Assembly: GCA_034408725.1 (NCBI GenBank)
Contig: JAWXCN010000212.1
Location: 1 to 19,631, forward strand
DNA length: 19,631 nucleotides
Direction of reading: 5' to 3'
DNA from: Candidatus Hydrogenedentota bacterium
Lineage (GTDB): Bacteria > Hydrogenedentota > Hydrogenedentia > Hydrogenedentales > SLHB01
A model generated the notes under the pieces. The model saw only the letters and a list, made by a program, of their open reading frames with translations. It made no database searches and was not told where the DNA came from. Positions 1 to 6,990 of the stretch are shown piece by piece (position 1 is the first letter of the stretch; every line of letters begins with the position of its first letter). The position numbers and the translations under genes are program-made.

Positions 1-74
1 AAGGCTTCAGGGACACACGAATCGAAACCAGCGCAATCTCGCTTAATTGCGAAGCGCTCTTGCCCAGGAAATGG

Positions 75-157
75 AAAGCGGCAGCTACCCGCTGTCGCAC
101 TCCAAGGTGCTCCGCGCGGATTTTAGACGTCGATTGGCCGCGCGCAGCGCCTTGGAG
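75..157. repeat. REP-like palindromic element with a degenerate inverted partner
   Basis: AAAGCGGCAGC-TACCC-GCTGTCGC-ACTCCAA (75-105) forms an 8-bp stem with one G-T pair. 100-116 (CTCCAAGGTGCTCCGCG) is a 15/17 inverted match to 141-157. From recall, not a search, it resembles the TTGGAGTGCGGCAGC...GCTGCCGCTTT type of intergenic REP. Confidence 0.6.
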
Positions 158-244
158 CACTCATCGGCAGGTGCTATTCTTGGAGTCACGCCAGTTAACT
201 GGGAATTAAGCACGATTGCCCTGCTAGCCTTGCTTGGCGTTTAC

Positions 245-273
245 TAGACCTGTGCGCGCCCCGATTGTACAAT
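245..273 (+). promoter_or_regulatory. Candidate sigma70-type promoter for the DUF1553/DUF1501 operon
   Basis: TAGACC (245-250) - 17 bp - TACAAT (268-273), about 75 bp upstream of ATG 347, which has a GGAG RBS. Motif match only. Confidence 0.3.
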
Positions 274-346
274 TCCACTACGATTCCTTGTGGAACACGT
301 AAGAGTATCTTGATTCCGTAATTGTCGCGTCCTGGAGACCGTAGTC

Positions 347-3300
347 ATGGAATGTGCCCGCCTGCTGAGACGGCGCGTTGCCACAACGGGTCTCCTGTGT
401 TGTGTTTTTGTACTATCCGCCTCAGGTGATGAGCCAGTCGCATTCAACCGCGACATATTGCCCATACTTTCCAACAACTGCTTCGCCTGCCATGGTCCTG
501 ACGCGCCCGCGCGCAAGGCGGATCTTCGGTTGGATGTCGAGGAAACCGCGAAGCGGCCGTTGGCTTCCGGCGCACCGCCCGTCGTGGCGGGCGATCCAGA
601 CTCCAGTGTCGTCATCTCGCGAATCAATTCCGCCAACCCAGACGAACAGATGCCGCCGCCTGACAGCGGAAAGTCGCTAACCGATCGCGAACGAGAACTC
701 ATTCGCAGGTGGATCGCGGAAGGCGCGAAATGGCAAGCGCATTGGTCGCTCATCGCGCCGGAACGTCCGGCATTGCCAACGGTCTCAGATACAGCATGGA
801 CGCGCAATCCCATCGACCATTTCATCTTGGCGCGGCTCGACGCGGAAACGTTGTCGCCGCTGCCAGAAGCCGATCGCTACACCCTGATCCGACGCGTGTC
901 GCTCGCGCTGACGGGGTTGCCGCCGACTCCGGAAGAAGTTGTAGACTTCGTGAACGATTCCAATCCCGAGGCCTACGAGGCACTCGTGGATCGACTGCTG
1001 GCATCTCCGCGTTACGGTGAACACATGGCGCGGTACTGGCTTGATCTTGCGCGCTACGCCGACACCAACGGATATGCCGCGGACATCGAAAGGACCATGT
1101 GGCGTTACCGCGACTGGGTCATCACCGCATTCAACGCGAACATGCCGTTCGATCGGTTCACGATCGAACAACTCGCCGGCGATCTGCTCCCGGAACCCAG
1201 TCTCGATCAGCGCATCGCCACAGGTTTCAACCGAAACCATCCCATCATGATGGAAGGCGGCGCGATCTTCGAGGAATACCGCGTGATGAACGTGGTCGAT
1301 CGCGTCGACACGACCAGCACCACCTGGCTTGGGCTTACACTGAAATGCGCGCAATGCCACGATCATAAGTATGACCCGATCTCGCAACGCGAGTTTTATC
1401 AACTCTACGCTTTCTTTAATAACGTAAGCGAAGAGGAATCCGTACTCTTTGGCACCGAGCTGGACGGCAACTCCGTCCCGCGCTTGAAGGCGCCGCTGCC
1501 GGAGCAACAGGCAGAACTCGCGCGAATTGACGCGGCACTGCAGGAAGTGCGCACACAGAAATTGCACCCAAATGACGATGTCGATGCATCCCAACAAGCC
1601 TGGGAAGCATCGGAACGTGAGGCCATCGCGAACCGTTGGACTGCGCTTGATGCGACAATTGGTAAATCCGAAAGACCTGAAGATCCAATCATGCTTACAA
1701 GCACAACCATTGTGCGCGACGTCACCGCAATCCGACTCGAGTTGCTGCCTGCCGCAGACGCGCCGAATGACGCCTTTTCCATCGCGGAACTCGAGTTGCA
1801 CGCCGCACCAATCGCAGAGGGTGCCGAGGAAACGCCAATAAAGTTCGTTGAGGCGATGTCCTTGTCCGGTGATATTAGATCCGCATACGATGGCAACGCG
1901 GAATCCGTGTGGCGCGTTGACCCCGCGGCGGAGATGCGCGCCGTATTTGCCGTAGCATCGCCATTTGGTTTCGCCGAAGGCACGCGCGTGCGCGTGACGT
2001 TGCGCGGCGAAGGTTTCAGTGCGGACCGCATTCGTCTGAGTGTCTCGAATGATCCAACCTTTCGACCGGCTACTCTCAATCCGTGGATCATCAATGGGCC
2101 CTATCTTGCGAAAAGTGGGGAAGAAGCCCTCACGACCGAATACGTCGATCCAAATCAAATCGATTTGGCGGCCACCTACGATGACGCTCGTGCCAAGTGG
2201 AGTTACGTGCCCGGAGGACTGGCCGATGGCACGATGCACACGCTCAGCGGAAAGACCTGCGCCACCTATTTCTATCGCCACATTTCCGCGCCTAGCCCGC
2301 GAAACTTGGATCTCGCGTTGGACAACCGCAACGCCGTACGCCTGTGGGTGAACGGGCGCCTCGTATTAGACAAGGAAGCGCAGCGCGGTGAAGTGGGCCC
2401 GCATTCTGCGCCGGTGACCATCGATCTGCGCGCAGGCGATAACAACATCCTCGTGAAGACCGTCGACTTTTACGATTTCAACGCGCACACGTTTTATTTC
2501 CTGCGCAAGGGAGAAGAAATCGGTCCCACACCGCTCGCGGTTGAAACAGCCTTATTCCGTGACGCAACTTTACGATCCGAAGTCGAAGCCGCCACGCTCC
2601 GCGCGTTTTACCGCAGCCGCAACTGGGACGGATGGGCGCCGTTGCATGAGCAAGAATTGAATCTGGCGTGGACCCGCGCGCAACTCGACAAACAGATTCC
2701 AACCACGATGGTCATGGACGAAACAAATACTCCGCGCCCAGCCCACGTGTTGGTTCGTGGTCAATACGATCAGCCCGGTGAAGCGGTATCGCCCGCAGTG
2801 CCGGCCGCGCTGCATCGTGCGTCTGGCGATGCGCCAAGCAATCGCATGGGTCTCGCGCAATGGCTGGTGGCAGAGGAGAACCCGCTGACTGCGCGCGTCG
2901 TGATGAATCGATTCTGGCAGCGCCTGTGGGGTGAAGGACTTGTTCGCACTCCAGACGATTTCGGCATTCAAGGCGAGCGGCCGACTCACCCGGAACTCCT
3001 TGATTGGCTCGCGCGCGAGTTTATCGAATCCGGCTGGAATGTAAAATCCATGCAACGACTCATGGTCACCTCCGCGACGTTCAAACAGTCCTCGCGCATG
3101 AATTCCCAAAGTGCGGCGCGCGATCCGGAGAACCGGCTGCTCGCGCGCGGTCCGCGATTCCGGCTCGACGCGGAACTGATCCGCGATGCCGCGCTCGCGG
3201 CCAGCGGCTTGCTCGTGGAAAAGCTCGGCGGGCCGAGTGTGAAACCGTATCAACCACCCGGACTGTGGAAGGACGTTGCGTATGGCGGCGGCGGCCAGCG

Positions 3301-3796
3301 ATACACGGCGCAGGAATTCATTCAGGATCGCGACGACAAACTGTATCGCCGTAGCCTGTACACATACTTGAAGCGCGCCGCCGCGCCGCCCGGCATGCTG
3401 CTGTTCGACGCGCCGAATCGCGACGTCTGCACCGCGCGCCGCAGCCGCAGCAATACACCCCTGCAAGCCCTTGCGCTGATGAATGACGTGCAATATGTGG
3501 AAGCGGCCCGCGCCATGGCGCAGCGGATTTTGAAAGAAGCGGGCCCCGATGATCGCATCGCATATGCCTGTTTGCTCGTGCTCAGTCGTCCACCGTCGTC
3601 CGAAGAGCAAACAGCATTGATGCAACAATTCGACGATCAACTCGCGGACTTCCGTGCAGCACCCGATGCCGCCCGCGAATTGATACGAACCGGCGAATCA
3701 AAATATGACACTGGACTCGACGTTGCGGAACTCGCCGCGTGGACCATGGTCGCAAACGCACTGTTAAACACCAGCGCGGCGGTGACCCAATACTGA
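347..3796 (+). CDS. Planctomycete cytochrome c (PSCyt1) + DUF1549 + DUF1553 (PSD1) protein with inserted carbohydrate-binding-like domains
   Basis: 1149 aa. Signal-like N-terminus. FNRDILPILSNNCFACHGPD (CxxCH at 479-493). DUF1549 motifs NPIDHFI, YGEHMARYWLDLARYADTNG, EQLAGDLLP and CAQCHDHKYDPI (CxxCH at 1346-1360). DUF1553 motifs NPLTARVVMNRFWQ, PTHPELLDWLA, RLDAELIRD and NTPLQALALMN. Confidence 0.95.
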   Translation: MECARLLRRRVATTGLLCCVFVLSASGDEPVAFNRDILPILSNNCFACHGPDAPARKADLRLDVEETAKRPLASGAPPVVAGDPDSSVVISRINSANPDEQMPPPDSGKSLTDRERELIRRWIAEGAKWQAHWSLIAPERPALPTVSDTAWTRNPIDHFILARLDAETLSPLPEADRYTLIRRVSLALTGLPPTPEEVVDFVNDSNPEAYEALVDRLLASPRYGEHMARYWLDLARYADTNGYAADIERTMWRYRDWVITAFNANMPFDRFTIEQLAGDLLPEPSLDQRIATGFNRNHPIMMEGGAIFEEYRVMNVVDRVDTTSTTWLGLTLKCAQCHDHKYDPISQREFYQLYAFFNNVSEEESVLFGTELDGNSVPRLKAPLPEQQAELARIDAALQEVRTQKLHPNDDVDASQQAWEASEREAIANRWTALDATIGKSERPEDPIMLTSTTIVRDVTAIRLELLPAADAPNDAFSIAELELHAAPIAEGAEETPIKFVEAMSLSGDIRSAYDGNAESVWRVDPAAEMRAVFAVASPFGFAEGTRVRVTLRGEGFSADRIRLSVSNDPTFRPATLNPWIINGPYLAKSGEEALTTEYVDPNQIDLAATYDDARAKWSYVPGGLADGTMHTLSGKTCATYFYRHISAPSPRNLDLALDNRNAVRLWVNGRLVLDKEAQRGEVGPHSAPVTIDLRAGDNNILVKTVDFYDFNAHTFYFLRKGEEIGPTPLAVETALFRDATLRSEVEAATLRAFYRSRNWDGWAPLHEQELNLAWTRAQLDKQIPTTMVMDETNTPRPAHVLVRGQYDQPGEAVSPAVPAALHRASGDAPSNRMGLAQWLVAEENPLTARVVMNRFWQRLWGEGLVRTPDDFGIQGERPTHPELLDWLAREFIESGWNVKSMQRLMVTSATFKQSSRMNSQSAARDPENRLLARGPRFRLDAELIRDAALAASGLLVEKLGGPSVKPYQPPGLWKDVAYGGGGQRYTAQEFIQDRDDKLYRRSLYTYLKRAAAPPGMLLFDAPNRDVCTARRSRSNTPLQALALMNDVQYVEAARAMAQRILKEAGPDDRIAYACLLVLSRPPSSEEQTALMQQFDDQLADFRAAPDAARELIRTGESKYDTGLDVAELAAWTMVANALLNTSAAVTQY

Positions 3797-3815
3797 AGAT
3801 GGATTTGGACAACGC

Positions 3816-5264
3816 ATGCATCCCCTACACGAATACGATCAAGCAGTAACCCGGCGACAATTCTTCGGACGCGCGAGCGCGGGCATTGGCGTCGCCGCGC
3901 TTGGCGCGCTGCTCGGAGCGTCGACCGCCAATGCCGGGAAGCATGGGGGATTGCTTGCCACCGGTCACATTGCGCCAAAGGCCAAGCGCGTCATTTATCT
4001 CTTCCAATCCGGCGGCCCATCGCAGATGGAACTGTTTGACTATAAACCCACGCTCGAACGTTTCCACGGCGAGGAACTGCCGCCTTCCGTTCGCATGGGC
4101 CAGCGTCTGACGACCATGACTTCCGCCCAGGGCAAATTACCCGTGGCAGCATCAAAGTTTGCATTTCGACAGAATGGCCAGAGCGGACTGTGGCTCAGCG
4201 AACTCATTCCGCACATCGGCGAAGTCGCCGACGAACTCTGCGTGATCCGATCCATGCATACCGAAGCCATCAACCACGACCCCGGTATGACCATGATGCA
4301 GACGGGCAGCCAACAACCCGGCCGCCCATCCTTCGGCGCGTGGATGAGCTATGGCATCGGAAGTGAAAACGAAAACCTACCGGGCTTCGTCGTGCTCGTA
4401 TCATTCGGCAGTTCGCGGCGCCCGGCCCAACCATTGCGCCAAAATCTATGGGGCGCAAGCTTTCTGCCTTCCGAGCATCAGGGCGTAACCTTGCGCCCGA
4501 CCGGGGACCCCGTCCTGTATCTCAGTAATCCGCCCGGCGTGAACGACACCGCGCGCAGGCGCATGCTCGATACTGTGGCGGAGTTGAACCGCGCGGAATA
4601 CGACGAATTTGCCGATCCGGAGATCAACGCCCGCATCGCGCAATACGAAATGGCCTACCGCATGCAATTCTCCGTGCCGGAACTTGCCGACCACTCCGGC
4701 GAACCGCAATCGGTACTGGATCTGTACGGTCCTAATGTGCAACAGCGGGGGACCTATGCAGCGAACTGTTTGCTCGCGCGGCGCCTAGCCGAACGCGGTG
4801 TGCGGTTCATCCAACTCTATCATCGCGGCTGGGACCAGCATGGCAACCTCCCCAGCGACCTCGCACTTCAGTGCGGCGACACGGATCAACCCACCGCCGG
4901 CCTCATCAAAGACCTGAAGCAGCGCGGCCTGCTGGAAGATACGCTGATCATCTGGGGCGGCGAATTCGGCCGCACATCGTACTGCCAGGGCGGACTCTCG
5001 CGCGACGACTATGGCCGCGATCATCATGGCCGCTGTTTCTCTGTGATTCTTGCTGGCGGCGGCGTGAAAGGCGGCATGGGCTACGGCGATACCGACGACT
5101 ACTGTTACAACATCGCCAATAACCCCGTACACGTCCACGATCTTCACGCCACGCTGTTGCACCTCCTCGGCATCGAGCACTAGCGCCTGACCTTCCGCCA
5201 CCAAGGCCGCGACTATAGGCTGACCGACGTACACGGCCGCGTCGTGCGAGATGTTCTGGCATAA
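3816..5264 (+). CDS. DUF1501 family protein (Tat-exported, alkaline phosphatase/sulfatase-like fold) with an in-frame TAG at 5181-5183
   Basis: Tat motif TRRQFF. Family motifs KAKRVIYLFQSGGPSQMELFDYKP, RPSFGAW, CLLARRLAERGVRF, GWDQH, GGEFGRT, GRDHH and HVHDLHATLLHLLG. The ORF formally stops at 5183, but the same frame continues with the typical DUF1501 tail [26 protein letters not shown] to TAA at 5262-5264. Confidence 0.93.
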
Positions 5265-5270
5265 CACAGC

Positions 5271-5455
5271 GCCGTTTTAGCCGGTCTCCCGCCGGTGCCA
5301 CGCGCATCCGCCGTTGAGTTTTCCGCCGTTGTGGCCGGTCTCCCGTTCGCGTCTCGCGTTTCCCGCCGTGTGGGCCGGTCTCCCGTTCGCGTCTCGTGTT
5401 TCCCGCCGTTGTGGCCGGTCTCCTGACCGCGCCACACGCTCGACCGGAGGTCTCC
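5271..5455. repeat. 40-bp tandem repeat (about 2.6 copies plus a degenerate upstream copy) ending in a REP-like double hairpin
   Basis: The unit TTTCCCGCCGTTGTGGCCGGTCTCCCGTTCGCGTCTCGCG occurs near-identically at 5319-5358 and 5359-5398, partially at 5399-5423, and degenerately at 5271-5291. Terminal hairpin TGTGGCCGGTC-TCCT-GACCG(C)GCCACA (5410-5436), then GACC-GGA-GGTC. Confidence 0.85.
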
Positions 5456-5510
5456 AATGAGCCAAACCGAGAAAATCCATCAATTACCCTTGAATTAATT
5501 TCCATGTACG

Positions 5511-5530
5511 TGTGTACAGAGTGCAACACA
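5511..5530. promoter_or_regulatory. Inverted repeat TGTGT-N10-ACACA, a possible activator-binding site
   Basis: Perfect 5-bp arms at 5511-5515 and 5526-5530, containing TGT-N10-ACA. It lies in an AT-rich intergenic tract about 40-60 bp upstream of a -24/-12 motif. Confidence 0.3.
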
Positions 5531-5571
5531 TTGGGTATGTAAGTGACAGATCCAATTTGCATGAGAGTGGC

Positions 5572-5586
5572 TGGCGTTCGCATTGC
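5572..5586 (+). promoter_or_regulatory. Candidate sigma54 (-24/-12) promoter
   Basis: TGGC-GTTCGCA-TTGC has the exact GG-N10-GC spacing and lies about 77 bp upstream of the probable ATG at 5663. Confidence 0.45.
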
Positions 5587-5662
5587 CAATACCCCCCGTG
5601 AATCTTACAATAGGGGAATCTTTCTGACTTCTGGAGCCAGCACAACGATAAGGATCGTCCTC

Positions 5663-6976
5663 ATGCCTAACTTGTTCCGTTCTTTACCAGCCGTGCTGTT
5701 TTTTTCGTGCGCAGTGTTATTCGCGAACGCCGCGGAAACGTTGACCGCCGGCGTCGCGGTCTCGTCGATCACGCCGGACACGAAGGCGTTGCACGTGCCG
5801 CTGGGCGGATATGGCGAACGCCAGAATAAGCCCGCGCTAGGCGTGCACGACAACATCATGTGCAAGGCGCTCATTCTCCAGCAGGGCGACAAGAAGTTTG
5901 CGCTGGTCACGACTGACCTGCTCGGCATTCCGCGATCCTTGCGCGACGAAGTGCTGACGCGCATTGCAGACACGGGGATTGCCTCCGACAATCTCATGCT
6001 TATCGCAAGCCACAGCCACGGCGCGACCGAGATGTCTGCGATGAACCGCAAGAATACGTTTGATAACAAGGCCATCGGCATCTTCGATGAGAAGCTGCTG
6101 GTGTTCACCGCTGAACGTATTGCCGAGGCGATCATTAACGCGAACAAGAATTTTCAGCCGGTGAAAGTTGGCACGGCCTCCGCAAAAATTGAAAACCTGA
6201 ACCGGAACCGCCGCGACAGCCCGATCATCGACAACGAAATCACCGTGACGCGGTTCGAGGCGGAAAACGGAACGCCTCTCGCCATATTCGTTAATTGGAC
6301 AGCACACCCGACCTTCTCAAACTCCGAGACCATGGTCGTGACCGCCGATTGGCCGGGCTACCTGCAACGCGATATCGAGGCGTTCGTTCCGGGTTCCACA
6401 TGCCTCTACGCCAACGGCGCGGAAGGGGACATCTCGACCAGAGGCGCAGAGGGTCCGAGCGAGTTCGCGCGCATGGAAGATTACGGACGGAAGATCGCGG
6501 TACATGTGTTGGCGTTGCTTGAGACTATCGAGACTAGTGACGGAGCAGTGTTCGATTATTCGATGACCACGCTGAAATTGCCAGAGCGCGTTGTGCCCGC
6601 CGCGCTCAAAGACGCCGCTGGTCCGGAATACGGACTCACTCCCGAAAATCTTCCCGCATTGCTGGATGCGCTTTCGCCGGAAACCTCCTACCTTGGCGTA
6701 CTGCGTGTGGGCGACTTATTGGCGGTATCCATTCCCGGCGAGATGGCTTCATCACTCGGCATGCAAATCAAGGACGCGCTCGCAACCGCCGGCGCGAAAC
6801 ATCCCATAATCGCAGGACTCGGCAACGAATGGATCAGCTACATGCTTCCACCCGATGAATATCACAAAGGCGGCTACGAACCTGGCGTGTCATTCTACGG
6901 CGAACAACTCGGGCCCACCGTAGTATCGCAGGCTATTGACGCGGGAAAGGCGCTGCTTCAGAAATCGGGTAAGTAG
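5663..6976 (+). CDS. Secreted neutral/alkaline non-lysosomal ceramidase-family (N-terminal domain) metal-dependent amidohydrolase
   Basis: The ORF is open from 5543. ATG 5663 has an AAGGA RBS and a signal peptide ending in ANA-A. Family motifs ITP...PLGGYG.R, GVHD, ASHSHG, NRNRR, NWTAHPT, ADWPG, NGAEGD, IPGE, and Y.P..EY..GGYE. Confidence 0.85.
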   Translation: MPNLFRSLPAVLFFSCAVLFANAAETLTAGVAVSSITPDTKALHVPLGGYGERQNKPALGVHDNIMCKALILQQGDKKFALVTTDLLGIPRSLRDEVLTRIADTGIASDNLMLIASHSHGATEMSAMNRKNTFDNKAIGIFDEKLLVFTAERIAEAIINANKNFQPVKVGTASAKIENLNRNRRDSPIIDNEITVTRFEAENGTPLAIFVNWTAHPTFSNSETMVVTADWPGYLQRDIEAFVPGSTCLYANGAEGDISTRGAEGPSEFARMEDYGRKIAVHVLALLETIETSDGAVFDYSMTTLKLPERVVPAALKDAAGPEYGLTPENLPALLDALSPETSYLGVLRVGDLLAVSIPGEMASSLGMQIKDALATAGAKHPIIAGLGNEWISYMLPPDEYHKGGYEPGVSFYGEQLGPTVVSQAIDAGKALLQKSGK

Positions 6977-6990
6977 TAACCAAACACACC

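Noticed and set aside
47..247. 66-aa ORF at the window start
   Set aside because: It has a TTG start, runs through the REP-like palindromes and has no recognisable motif.
785..3640. Long antisense ORFs (785-2281, 2570-3640) and similar shadow ORFs elsewhere
   Set aside because: They lie wholly opposite well-supported genes, are expected in GC-rich DNA and show no recognisable motifs.
5184..5222. PYLIS/SECIS-like hairpin after the in-frame TAG
   Set aside because: Only short 4-bp pairings (GCCT/AGGC, CCTT/AAGG) are visible, which cannot be distinguished from chance in GC-rich coding DNA.
5271..5455. Possible mini CRISPR array
   Set aside because: The sequences between the repeated cores are near-identical rather than unique spacers, the period is only 40 bp, and no cas genes are present.
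4948..5589. Minus-strand ORFs with RRERETG-type peptide repeats (4948-5589, 5213-5437, 5277-5483)
   Set aside because: These are translations of the tandem DNA repeat and of the DUF1501 antisense strand, with no protein-like features.
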